Assembly: GCA_030390025.1 (NCBI GenBank)
Contig: CM059449.1
Location: 35,898,001-35,962,000, forward strand
DNA length: 64,000 nt
Source: Squalus acanthias
Taxonomy: Eukaryota
Reading direction: 5' to 3'
This document shows, in pieces, positions 25,275-38,269 of this stretch. Positions within the stretch are counted from its first letter, which is position 1. Every line of letters starts with the position of its first letter. Made by a program: the position numbers and the translations under genes. A model generated the notes under the pieces. It searched no databases, was not told the origin of the DNA, and saw nothing but the letters and a program-made list of their open reading frames with translations.

Positions 25275-26860
25275 TACATGGAATTACACGTTAGGATCTT
25301 CATCACAGGAACAGGCCATTCGCCTAACTGGTCTATCTGTTTGTTTATACTCCACAGGGGTGTTATCCTAATCTAATTACTGCTTCACACTCTGTCCCTA
25401 TATACCCCTATATTCCCTCCTCCCTCAGGTATGTATCAAGCCCAGTCTTAAATATAGCAATGCTCTCTGCTTCAACCATTCCACGTGGCAGCGAGTTCCA
25501 CATCTCAGCACTCTGTGTGTAAGGAAATGCCTCCGAAATTCTTTACTTAATCTGTAAGTGTCTACAAGAAACCAGCCCCAGCCCAGCCCAATCTTTCCTC
25601 ATAGTTGTGTCCTCCCAACTCTGATAACATCTTGCAAATATTTTCTGTACGTTCCCCAGTGCTTCAATATCCTTTTTGTAGCATGGAGTCCAGAACTGCC
25701 CAAAATGCTCCAAATCTGATCTAACCAAGACTCTGTATCAATGTAACATTACATAGAAACATAGAAACATAGAAAATAGGTGCAGGAGTAGACCATTCGG
25801 TCCTTCGAGTCTGCACCGCCATTTAATGCGTTCATGGCTGAACATGCTACCTCAGTACCCCATTCCTGCTTTCTCGCCATACCCCTTGATCCCCCTAGTT
25901 GTGAGTATTATATCTAATTCCCTTTTGAATATATTTAGCGAACTGGCCTCAACAACCTTCTGTGGTAGAGAATTCCACAGATTCACCACTCTCTGGGTGA
26001 AGAAGTTCCTCCTCATCTCAGTCTTAAATGGCTTTCCCTTTATCCTTAGACTGTGACCCCTGGTTTTAGTTTCCCTAACATTACCTCCCAGTGTTTTGTT
26101 ATATTCTGCTCGAAATGAACCCCAGTACTTTGTTTGCAATTTTTATGGTCGTATCACCTTCCGTTGCTACTTCGAAGGATTTGTGCATCTGTGTTTCCAG
26201 ATCTGATTGCTCTTCTACCACATTTACTTTCTTACCTTCCAAGGAATAATTACACTCCTTATTCCTCCTACCAAAAAGAACCACCTCACTATTCGCCATA
26301 TTGAATTTAATTTGTCATTTATCTGCCCACTCTGCGAGCCTGTTTGTGTCTTCTTGTATTTTAGTGCAGTCTCCACATTATTGGCTGCACACCCCAATTG
26401 GTATCGTGTGCAAATTTCCACACCAGGAGGGAAACCCCCCCAGGAAATGTCTAATGGATGGCTGATCACCAAATTCAAAGTCATCCCCCATACATCGACA
26501 CTCTGAGTCCAAATCATTGATGTTTATGGTGGACCACAGTGGTCCCAGCACAGGTCCCTGCGGGACAACACTTCCCACTTGCCGTCAGTCTGGGAAACTT
26601 CCCTTATCACCCACCCCCATGTTGTGTATTCTAACCATCTTTCAATTCAGTCTGATACCTGACCTCTGACTCCACAGGCTCTGACCCTTGCCATGAGCTT
26701 CTTATCGAGCAGCTTATGGAAGGCCTTTTGAATGTCCATGTAGATCACACCTACTGCATTGCCCTTGTGTATTCTTTCCATTAATTCTTCAACTTATTCA
26801 ATAAGGTTGGTTAAACGTGGCCTTCCTTTTACAAACCCATGCTGACAATTTTATATTATA
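25275..26860 (-). mobile_element. Decayed CR1 LINE with a nested younger CR1 3' fragment (~25750-26080)
   Basis: VPQGPVLGP, VRSDLEHFGQFW, MRRNFFTQRVVNLWN; (catagaaa)n tail at 25752-25775. Confidence 0.85.
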
Positions 26861-27309
26861 TTCTCCAGGGGTAAATTGATCTCGGGCCCAGCGCAAAACA
26901 GGCGATGGTGAAGTGACTGGAAAACATTTAATTTAAGTGACATAAAGTGGGATGTCCAAAAATGAGTAAATTATATATTGCAACCTATATACTTCTAGCG
27001 TTTGATAATCAAGTCAAATGTGTTTTATTATAATTCTTCTACTGAATTCAAATCTGGCGACTGGGAAACAGGTGTCTGACACAAACTCACCCCGTCCCTG
27101 CCGGGTTAGGCTAAAATTACCACCAGATGATGTAATTCATCATCTGGAAGCAATATATGTCAGAAGGACGCAGAGAATTATGAACACAGATGTGTACACT
27201 AAGGCTTCGTCTGATATTCCATCCTGCTCATCAACTTCGTGATATTTAATTTGTTTCCACTATCTATAGCAACAGTGACACTAAATATTATGTCAGTGAT
27301 TCTGTGGGG

Positions 27310-27730
27310 AGACTAGAGAAGCTGGGATTGTTCTCCTTCGAGCGGAGATGGTTAAGCTGTAATAGACATGATGAAAATCATGAAGGGATTGGACAGAGTA
27401 AGTAAGGAGCAACTATTTCCACTGAAAGAAGGGTCATGTAATGAAAGGACTCAGATTTATGGTAGTTGGCAAAGGAACCACAGTTGAGATGAGGAGAGTT
27501 TATTTTACGCAGTGAGTTGCTGTAATCTGGAATGCACTGCATGAAAGGGTGGTGGAAGCAGATTCAATTATAACTTTCAAACGGGAAATGTATAAATATT
27601 TGAAGGGAAGAGAATTGCAGGTTTTGGGGAAAAAGCAGGGGAGTGCGACTAATTCAATAGCTCTTTCAAAGAGCCGGCACAGGCTAGATTGGCCGAATGG
27701 CCTCCTCCTATGCTGTAAAGTTCCATAATT
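27310..27730 (+). mobile_element. CR1 3' fragment
   Basis: ctagagaagctgggattgttctcc...ggccgaatggcctcct. Confidence 0.8.
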
Positions 27731-28986
27731 GTTCAGGTTATGACTATCGCTGTGCTATTGATTATGTACATTTTAGATAATCTCAGATTATATCTGATGG
27801 TGTCCCAGTGGGGTGTCACAGTGCTTACCTGACATAACTTTAATTTCAAGACTTCACTACAAAACTTATCCAATCCGTTCTTTATGTTCCGCGTAAATGA
27901 AGCTTTTTCCTGTTTGTGTATGAAGCAACATGTAATGGACATCTAATTCACCCCCTCAGTATCAGTCCTATAGATGCAGCAAAGAAGTATCATCAGGAAC
28001 CCCTAATGGATTCTTTCATTCACATTCGATGGATGTGGGCCAGATGTTCCTGTCTCTGCACCTGGGAGCTGTTGAATTGTCTGTTGCAGTCAATACTTGA
28101 AAATCTCCGGTGGAGGAGAGCGCTTTCCCCAAACGGAGCTTTCTGATTGTCCATTCATTCCTTTATATGGAGGGAAGATTGGGCAGACCTCTGCATAGTG
28201 TGTTCGCTTCCCCGCCCAATGTTGAACTGAGATGTGATTTCAGATTCCATAGTTATTATAACTAATAATGTCTAGAGATGGAGAAAAAACTAAGAGTGTA
28301 GACACTGTAGATTAGATCTAGTCGGTTTTGGTTAGGCTTGAGACAGACACGAAGAATTATCAAGGCACAAGTATCATTCATTAAATGATTGTTAAATGTC
28401 TCTAAACTACAACTATTCATCAAATATGCAAAGAAACGGCTACTAAATCAGTAAACCAGTAATATATATAACTGCAAGCGTATTATAAGATGTTATGATT
28501 TGTTCTTCCTATGTGACCGACTCAGTCAAGCCAGCATTTATTGTCCATTCGTTCTTGCCTTGACTGCATTAAGAGCAGCTATGTTGGGTGGGATAGCATC
28601 ACTTGTAGGCCAGACCAGATAGAGAGTGTCAGGTCTCCTTCTCTGTAAGACATTAGTGAAACAGTGCGGTTTTTATGATAATCCGCCAGCTTCCGTGATC
28701 ATTTGTCTTGGTGGTAGCCCACAAATTATCAGACTTACTGCTTTCAATATTGGAATTTGGACTCAAAACCTTTCCGATGCTCGTCCAGTACTACCTTCAC
28801 TAGGCTACTGTATTATCCCCCTCACTCGTTCTGGAACATTGCTAATGTATTTACAAAATACTGCTTTCATAGTTCTCTGGTACAGCTGAATGAATAGGCA
28901 ACAGTAAATAATATAATTCAACTGGGATTGCGTGCTGTGCGTTTCACCAGGTGGATCCAGGGGGATTTTTTTACAAATCAACTTAC

Positions 28987-29246
28987 TTGAACTGAGGTTC
29001 ATCAGTTGTAACGTTCTGGAAACTTGCCCTTTCTGACTCCGTGGAAACTGGCTAGAGTAATTGTGAGTTCCTCACAGTAACTGGTGTCACAGAAAGTCAC
29101 CATCCACTGATTCCTTGGAACCGTTATGCACATATTGCTGTCACAATAGTCTATCTCACAGCCATCCACAATCTCCATTTTACTATAATCCGGAAGATAA
29201 GAACTCCCATGGTTCACTGTGTAGTGATGCATCAAAGAGTGAGAAT
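28987..29246 (-). pseudogene. Orphan paralogous MHC class I-like alpha1 exon (260 nt; same apparent 1-nt deletion)
   Basis: ttctag|at tct cac; DSHSLMHHYT..LPDYS..DGCEIDYCD..VPRNQWM..SFHG. Shifted-frame end QVSRTLQLMNLSS+a|gtaagt. No alpha2/alpha3 exon found before the next gene. Confidence 0.85.
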
Positions 29247-29391
29247 CTAGAACACCATAATATATTGGAATAACATCAAGTGTTAGAAATCAGTTCACTG
29301 AGCAATTTGTGCAAGAATCTGAACTTATATTCTGACATCAGAAATATTAAATTAGTGGAAATTAATACACGTTTCCTGAGAAGATACAATG

Positions 29392-29593
29392 NNNNNNNNN
29401 NNNNNNNNNNNNNNNNNNNNNNNNNNNNNNNNNNNNNNNNNNNNNNNNNNNNNNNNNNNNNNNNNNNNNNNNNNNNNNNNNNNNNNNNNNNNNNNNNNNN
29501 NNNNNNNNNNNNNNNNNNNNNNNNNNNNNNNNNNNNNNNNNNNNNNNNNNNNNNNNNNNNNNNNNNNNNNNNNNNNNNNNNNNNNNNNNNNNN
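29392..29593. other. N run (gap or masked sequence)
   Basis: About 202 N characters. Confidence 0.99.
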
Positions 29594-30282
29594 TTTGAAA
29601 TTATGAAATCTGGCCACGGGTTCCCACAAATCACTCAAACATCTTTGTGTGGGTTTTTTTCCCAATCGCTGTTGTCTGAACGTTCTATTGTCCACAATAA
29701 GAGATTACATTTTAAAACGTCAACGATTATATTTTACAATACAATCATTAATTCTATCCAGTAAATTGTCTTTTGCATCTTTTAATGTCTTCCTCAAACT
29801 GTCTAACTGAAGGCCTCATCCTCTTTCAGAAGCTTGGTCTTTGAGTTGGATGGTGACGGTTCAATCTGGGATTGTTAACTAGGCCTAATTTCCCAGCATA
29901 CACCTGTAGCGATCAGTGAGCGGGGAATGTTTTTCTTTACATTTTGCCAGGTTTTTCTCAATGATGTTTCCTGAACTAATATTGAAGAAACCTGGACGAC
30001 CAGTGACAAATCTTTATTGTGGTAAAACATAGGCTACATTTTCTCTACAAGAAAAGGCCATTGGGCCCATTGCAACTCATCCCTCCGGGGTTAGGACTGT
30101 CCCAGTAGATTGGAACTTCATTGGGAACACCATGCTTTCCTACTGAGGAATTCATCGTAGCTTTCATCATCCTTGAGGAAAGTTGCTCCTAATATTTGTT
30201 TTCAATTACCAAGCCATTAACCTAAATCTGTGTCTTCTGACTTACTTTAAAATGTTATACTGCAGTCTTGAAAGTGGCCTTA

Positions 30283-30478
30283 ACAGACTGATATGAAATC
30301 ACCCTGTGGGGCAGTGTGACCCCATAACACACTGATATGAAATCACCCTGTGGGACAGTGTGACCCCATAACACACTGATATGAAATCACCCTGTGGGGC
30401 GGTGTGACCCCATAACACACTGATATGAAATCAACCTGTGGGGCAGTATGACCCCTTAACAGACTGATATGAAATCTC
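30283..30478. repeat. Minisatellite, ~44-bp unit cactgatatgaaatcaccctgtggggcagtgtgaccccataaca, ~4.5 copies
   Basis: Direct tandem units visible. Confidence 0.95.
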
Positions 30479-32444
30479 CCATTCTTCCAGTTGTGTTTTG
30501 AACCTGGGTCCCCCGTGAGTGTTTCTAATCGTTCTCTTTCACACCACCCCATTCCTCACACAAAAATACTCGATCACAAATATCGTATGGATTTCGGACA
30601 AGCAAGACGAAGGAATGGTCCTGCTGGAGCCCACCTACCGAAACAGTCCACTCTCCATTAACTGAAGATTTAGTACTGCTCCATATTGAAGGCAGTTTGG
30701 AGGAAACGCTCAGGGAAGCACGGACGCAGAATGTACGCTGAGTGGGGACTTCAATGACCACCGCCAAAGTTGCCCAGTTGTCTCTGCACTGGTAAAGATT
30801 CGGCACTTGTACTGGACGTAGAATTGCTGTACCTGGTAAGGCTTCGGTGCAGATTATTGAATACCAATACTGTTAAGGAATAATGCTGGTACATGGAACT
30901 GTGCCCTTTAAAATGTAGAGTAGAGGTGCTCCATTGCAGTTGACTGCATGGCGGGGTCTAGTCATGGTGTGGATTCACGGAATGAAGGCAAACGGGAAAT
31001 GTACCTTGTTCACAGCTCAAGTCCTGGGACATGGAATATTAGACATTACATATTCGCTGCAGTTTGTTTGTTCATTGCTTGTTTTGCTGTTATGGAGCAA
31101 ATTGCAAAGGTTTCAAGAATTTCCAGCTATCTTCTCGTGGTTGGAACACTGAAAATGCGGAACTGTGAGTCCGGTAACGGAAACAGCTTTGTTGAAGGGA
31201 CGCGGGTGTCTCTCCAGTTCGGCAGAAACTAAAGCCACAAAGTTTCGTTTTCTGTCACTCAGAGACTAGCAGTGTTAGCAGAAAGTCCCTGCACATAAAC
31301 CGCAAGCGACAACAAATATAGCACAGAGCACATTGCTTAAAGCATCCACAACATGTTACACAGTCGGATCACGGAATCGACCATTCCTAGCCCAGCTCCA
31401 TTACATCCATTGTGTATACAGAGTGACTTTAAGTGCAAGTCGGAAATGACAATGGTATTCTAAATGGTGAATTCACTGTCTTCCGCTTTCTTTCTGTACT
31501 TTCAGACTCTGTTTTGCTAAAATAGAATATTTGGAAACTCCAGCGGATCCAGTAAATTGGAAGGCTACATTGGGAAACTATTGGATCCGCCATTCCTCTA
31601 TCGGGGGAGCGCAAGAGGCCAGAATTGGAGGCGCGCAGATATGTACATAAAATAAAGGCAGTGTTTGGAAAAGTTTCTGGGACTCGATAACGGTGTTCAA
31701 CAGATGTGATATTTGATCGGTTTAAATGACCCCCTGGCTGACCTCAATGTTTGATTTCCGATTTTAAAGGAAATTTGGTATTATTAAAGTTTGTTGTTAA
31801 CTTGGCCGCATTGTACCAATTACGGAAGGTGGATTTAATATTATTTAAAGGGGTACTTCATTCACTGGAAAGCTCAAAGGTCCACAGGTATATCTAACAC
31901 CTTTCTCCCTCCTCCCGCCCCCGACTGTGTTTTAATCTTTAAACCTGACGATCTGGGCACTGTGCGAGGCCAGGAAGTAAGGACGGGATTTCCTTGCTCA
32001 ATACAAGTATGAAGAGTCCTTCCAGTCACATCATAAATGGCCAGTGCGACCCCCGTGCGGGGGAGGAACTTTACCAGCAAACCAAGACTCAGTGTCTGGG
32101 CTCCCCCATGAAACACAGACTGAAAGGTGTTCTATCCGATGTCAGTTGGTTCCTGTGCACTCCACAGTGAGTCACTGCCTCCGGTATAGGAGGGAAAAAT
32201 AATTCATCCCCACCCCTAAAACAAAAGAAAAATTCTCCAAACCGTACATTTCAATTCGGTGATAGTGAGTAACAGACATGGAGATATAAAGCTGTTGGTT
32301 ATTTGAAATCATTCTGGTTACTAATAAGAAAATAAATCCATTAAATTGAAACATTATCTGAGAGTTAGCTTTCTTGAATTATGTAAAGGACGCTTTGGGC
32401 CCGTCACTAACTACAACATGGAACACTTATCTTCACGTGGTGCA

Positions 32445-33215
32445 TTACATCGAGTTTACAGCACAGAAACAGGCCAATCGGCCCATTCGGCCCATCTGGC
32501 CCCTGCCAGTGTTTATGCTCCACACCAGCCTCCTCCCACTCTATTTGCTTCATCTCACCCTATCCACATATCCTTCTATTCCTTTCTCCCTCATGTACTT
32601 ATCTAGATTCACCTTAATACGTCTGTACTATTCGCCTCTCCCACTCCACGTGGTAGCGAGTTCCACATTCTCACCGCTCTCTCAGTAAAGACCTTTCTCC
32701 TGAATTCATTGTTCGATGTATTAGTGATTATCTTGTATTTGTGGCGCCGAGTTTTGGATTCCCCACAAGTAGAATCATCTTCTATAAGTCTACTCTATCG
32801 AACCCGTTCACAATCTTAAAGACCTCTAGCAGCTCACCCCTCAGTCTTCCCTTTTCTGGAGTAAAGTGCCCCAGTCTATTCATGTTTTCCTGATAGTTAT
32901 AACCTCTCAGTCTGGTGACATCCTTGTAAAAAATACTTTTTCCAATGCATCTATATCCTTTGTTTTTATAATATGCAGACCAGAACTGTGCATAGTAATC
33001 TAAGCGTGATCTAAGCAAGGTTCAAAACAGGTTTAACATAACTTCTCTGCTTTTGAATTGTATTTATCAAGAAATTAACCCCAGTGCTTTGTTAGGATTG
33101 TATGGCCTTATTAACCAGTGTTGCTGTATTTAATGATCTGTGAATGTTTACACCTAGATCCATTTGCTATTCTACCCCATTTAGTCTCTTATTTTCCAAA
33201 GAGTATGTGGACTCC
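32445..33215 (-). mobile_element. CR1 3' fragment
   Basis: LRSRLDYYAQFWS, GRLRGELLEVFKIV. Confidence 0.8.
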
Positions 33216-34525
33216 TTACATACGAACATAACAAATAGCAGCAGGAGTAGGCCATTTGGCCCTTTGAGCCTGCTCCACCATTCAATAAGATCATGGCTGA
33301 ACTTTTACCTCATCCCCACTTTCCTGCACTATCCCCGTATCCCTTGATTCCCTTAATATTCAAAAATAAATCGATCTCTGTCTTGAATATACTCAACGAC
33401 AGATCCTCAACAGCCCTCTGGAGTAGAGAATTCCAAAGATTCACCACCCTCTGAGTGAAGAAATATCTCCTCAACTCAATCCTAAATGGCCAAACCCTTA
33501 TTCCGAGACTGTGACACCTTGGTCTAGACTCTCCAGCCAGGGGAAACATCTACACTGGCAAACCCTGTAAGAATGTTGTATGTTTCAATGAGATCACCTC
33601 TCATTCTTCTAAACTCCAGAGAATATAGACCTAGTCTACTCAATCTCTCCTCATAGGATAATCCCCCCCATCCCAGGAACAAATCTGGTGAACCTTCGTT
33701 GTACTCCCTCTATGGCAAGTATATCCTTCCTTAGCTAAGGAGTCCAAAACTGTACACAATACTCCAGGTGTGGTCTCACCAGGGCCCTATATAACTGCAG
33801 TAAGACATCTTTATTCTTATAAACAAATCCTTTTGTAATAAAGGCCAACGTACCATTTGCTTTCCTACTTTTTTGCTGTACCTACATGCTAACTTTCAGT
33901 GATTCGTGTACAAGGACACCCAGGTCCCTCTGAACCCCACCATTTTGTAATCTCTCAACATTTAAAAAATACTCTGCTTTTCTATTTTTCCTACCGAAGT
34001 GGATAACTTCACATTTCTCCACAGTATATTCCATTTGTCGTGTTCTTGCCCACACACTTAGACTGTCTATATTCCCTTGAAACTTCCTTGCATCCTCCCC
34101 ACAACTTACATTCCCACCCAGCTTTGCATCACCAGCAAACTTGGATATATTACATATAGTCCCCTCATCCAAATCATTGATGTAGATTGTGAATGCTGAG
34201 GCCCGAGCACTGATCCTTGCGGTAACCCACTAGTTACAGCGTGCCAACCCGAAAATGATCCGTTTGTTCCTACTCTCTGTTTTCTGTCCGTTAACCAATC
34301 CTCAATCCATGCTAATATATTACCCCCATTCCCATGAGCCTTAATTTTGTTTAACACCCTCTTGTGTGGCACCATAGCGAAAGTCTTCTGAAAATCCAAA
34401 TACACCCCATCCACTGTTTCCATCTTATCTATTCAGCTATTTACAGCGTCAAAAAACTCTAACAGATTTGTCAAACACGATTTCCCTTTCATAAATCCGT
34501 GTTGATTCTGCCCAATCCCATTAGT

Positions 34526-35286
34526 GGCCCAAAACTTCGGCTGAATACGGGAGAGTACGAACTGTGTACTCTCGCGTATTCGGTCCCGAAGTGCCGGCTT
34601 CCTGCATGCACTGCGCATGGGCGGGAAACCGGCACTTCCGGTATTGCTAAGGGGGCGGTTCCTAAGTGAACCGCGTGCGCACTACAGGCTGTGCGCACGC
34701 AGCACACTTAGGTTTTTTTTCAGGTTTCAACGCGAGGGTAAGTATTGAAGATTTTACACATAAAAAAGGAGGCGTAAGACCCCCTTTTAACAAGGTAAGT
34801 AGTTAATTAAGTATTATTTTAAAAAATTTTCAACAGGTTTATCTTTTTTAGAGACTTTAAAGAAAGGTAAGTTTATTTTTATAACTTTTAAAAAGAATTA
34901 AAAAAAATTCAAAAATTTTAATTTTTGTTTAAAGTGGTTAATTTATTTAACTATAGTTATTTTATTAATGTGATGGTTTTTTTAAATTTATTTGAGGTTT
35001 AGCTGTTCTTTTGGGGGCAATTTGTATTCATTGTTTTGACAGTTCTCCTGTCAAAACTATGAATGAAAGATGGTGTGCTGCCATTGGCTCTCCATGGCCC
35101 ACGTGATCCCAGAGGTCGCATCGAACTAACTGCGCCTCTGGGACATGCACACACTGCGCGTCGGCACCAGGGAGAGGCCCAGGACCAGACGTTCGTGTGG
35201 GCCCGAAACATAAAGGCAGGCACGGTAGGTAGGATCGCGCGCGATCCTTACCCCCGCGGCAAGCCTCCGAGTCAAATTTCTGGGCC
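34526..35286 (+). mobile_element. ~760-bp MITE, copy D, inserted in the CR1 RT region
   Basis: CR1 sequence cccaatcccattagt resumes as aatattttctaagtgccctg; TSD AGT/AAT. Confidence 0.88.
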
Positions 35287-36344
35287 AATATTTTCTAAGT
35301 GCCCTGTTTCCACTTCCTTAATAATAGATTCTAGCATTTCCCCCACTCCTGATATCAGGCTAACTGGTTGTACTTCCCCGTTTTCTCTCTCCCTCCTCTT
35401 TTAAAAAGTGGGATTACATTTGTTACCTACCAATCTGCGGGAACCGTTCTAGAATCTATGGAGTTTTGGAAAATGACAACCAATGCATCCAGTATCTCTA
35501 TATCCAACTCTTTCAAAACCCTAGGATGTAGGCCATCAGTTCCAGGGGATTTATTGGCCTTCAGTCCCTTTAATTTGTCCAATTATATTTTATTACTAAT
35601 ACTAATTTCTTCCAGCTCCTCATTCTCGCTAGACCCTTGGTTCTCCACATATTTCCGGGAAGTTTTTTGCGTCTTCTTCCATGAAGACTGTTTCATTCCT
35701 CAGCCATTTCCTTATTCTCCATTATAATTCTCCTGTCTCATCCTGTAACAGAGTCACATTTACTTTCGCTAATCTTTTCCTTTCTTCATACCTATAGAAG
35801 CTTTTACAATCTGTCTTTATGTCTCTCGCTAGTTTAATCTCATATTTGATTTTCCCTTTCTTTATCTATTTGAAATACGCTCTTTCCCGAATCCTCCCAC
35901 CCACACCTTCATTAGTTTAATGCCCTGTCTGCTGCTCTAGTTATTCCGTTCGGCAGGACACTGGTGCAAGCCCGGTTTAAGTGGAGACCGTCCCAAAGGA
36001 ACGGTTCCCTCTTTCCCCAGTACCGGTGTCAGTGCCCCATGAACTGCAACCCCTTCCTCCCACATAACTCTTTGAGCCAAGCATTTAAACCTCTAATCTG
36101 TTTGTCCCTATGCCAATGTGCGCGTGGCTCAGGTAATAATCCAGAAATGATTAACTTTGAGGTTCTGCTTTTTAATATTGATCCAAGGTCCTTAAAATCC
36201 CTCAGCAGAAGCTCATTCCTTATTCTACCTATGTCGTTGTTTACTACATGGACCACGACAACTGGATCCTCCCCCTCGCACTCCAAATTCTTCCCCAGCC
36301 GCGAGGAGATATCTTTAACCATGGCACCGGGCAGGCAACACAAT

Positions 36345-36945
36345 TCTGTGGCAACAAGAGCAGGTCAGAGGCTAAGTATTCCGTGGCGAGTTTCACACCT
36401 GCTGACTCCCCAAAGCCTTTCCACCATCTACAATGCAAAAGTAAGGAGTGTGATTGAATACTCTCCATTTGCCTGAATGAGTGCAGCTCCAACAACACTC
36501 AAGAAGCTCGACACCATCCAGGACAAAGCAGCCCGCTTGATTGGCACCTCATCCACCACCTTAAACATTCAGTCCCTCCACCACCGGCGTACCGTGGCTG
36601 CAGTGTGTAACATCTACAAGATGCACTGCAGCAACTCGCCAACGCTTCTTTGGCAGCACCTCCCAAACCCGCGACCTCTTCCACCTAGAAGTACAAGGCA
36701 CATGGGGACACCACCACCTCCAAGTTCCCCTCCAGGTCAAACACCATCCTGACTTAGAAGTATATCGCCGAACCTTCATCGTCGCTGTGTCAAAATCCTG
36801 GAATACCCTACCTAGTAGCACTGTGGGAGTACCATTACCACACGGACTGCAGCGGTTCAAGAAGGCGGCTCACCACCACCTTCTCAAGGGTAACTAGGGA
36901 TGGGCAATAAAGGCTGGCATTGCCAGCGACGCCCTGATCCCATAA
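36345..36945 (+). mobile_element. 3' fragment of a CR1/L2-group LINE (same family as 43810-46495), inserted in CR1 ORF1
   Basis: RAGQRLSI..LTPQSLSTIY..KKLDTIQDKAARLIG; 3' end aactagggatgggcaataaa. Confidence 0.85.
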
Positions 36946-38269
36946 AAATTTTAAAAAAAAACCTTCAGAACTTCGGCTGCAGAGAAAAGTATCTATCTAC
37001 CTGACTATAATGTCCCCTAGCATAACTACATTCCCTTTCACTCCCCCCACTTGAATGGCCTCCTGCACCACGGTGCCATGGTCAACTTGCTCAGTCAACA
37101 TGCAGACTTTTCCCTCATCCACACTGGCAGCAAGAACCTAATACATTTTGGACCAGGGCAAAGGCTGAGGCTCCTCCAGCACTGTACCTGGGGTTCCCTT
37201 ACCTGCCTGAATTTCCGTCACACGCTCCTGTCCCTGACCACTAACCAGACCTGTACCAATACCTAACCTAAGTGGTGTCACTGCCTCATTGATCAAAACA
37301 TCCAGGTTACTCTACCCATTTGTGATGTCCCGCAATGTCTGCACTTCAGACTCCAGCTCAAAAACTCTGAGATGGAGTTTCTCAAGATGTAGGCACTCAC
37401 TGAAAACGTGGTTGTCCGGGATCAGAATGCTCTCCACAAACTCCCACATGCTACAGTTGCGGCAAACCACCTGCACTACCATCCCTTTATGACCTTGTTT
37501 TCTTTAATTAAATTTAATTAATTGTGTATTTAGGCAACTTAGTTTACAGTGTAATTTCTTGACTACTTACTTGATCTAGATTAATTTAACTGTACTGCAA
37601 TTAAATATCTACTTGTAACACAAACCACAAGTAGTGTAGGCAAAAAGCAACAACTCATTCCCCCTCTTCTCCGAATTCCCACTCTTTCCATAATCCCAAA
37701 TAAAACACACTGTTCAAGTCTACTCCGTTTAATCCCGCACTGTGTAAGATTCAAAAGCCTCTGATTAATGAAATGTCTGCTCATCTCAGCCCTAAATGGC
37801 CGCGCCCTTCTCCTGAACTGTGCCCCTAGTTCTAGACTCTCCAGCCAGGGGAAACAGCCTCTCGGCATCCAACCTGTCAATCCCCTCAGAACCACTCTTC
37901 CTGTGATACCCAGTGTTAGTAAAAAGCACGGGCGAGTCAGGTATATGCCGTTGGATGCAGATTAAAGCTCCCTCCACCACCTCAATAAAGTTCCTCTGCT
38001 CCAACCTCGGAGGAGCGCCCCCTCCTGCATCACTGTGCAATGTTCTATTCTCTCTGGTTCAAACCACATCCATTTATTCCAACAAGTCACTGTTCAAATT
38101 ATAGTAATATTAGTTGCTGTGCTTTTATTCTTAATGTTAAACTAAATCAAATAATTACTTGCGTGTTTATCTGTAATGCATCACATATGCTGTTAACCAA
38201 AAATAAGTACTGTATTAAGTCTGGCAATGAAGGGCACACATTGACTGTGGTCATGAATAGTATTCAACT

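Larger units (their letters stand above)
33220..37490 (-). mobile_element. Long internally deleted CR1 LINE (ORF1 zinc-finger/SGNH-esterase remnants and RT), interrupted by MITE copy D and a second LINE
   Basis: RT motifs at 33300-34520; ORF1 CCLPGAMVKD..VVVHVVNNDIG..IISGLLPEP at 36029-36343; ORF1 N-terminus near 37290-37490. Confidence 0.85.

Noticed and set aside
27733-27942. Minus-strand ORF with a good donor as a possible alpha2 of the orphan gene
   Set aside because: No alpha2 motifs (GC, YDG, KW).
29276-29695. Several ORFs across the second N run
   Set aside because: Gap artefacts.
20390-30478. CRISPR-like arrays (30-bp and 44-bp repeats)
   Set aside because: Units are contiguous without unique spacers, there are no cas genes, and the context is eukaryotic.
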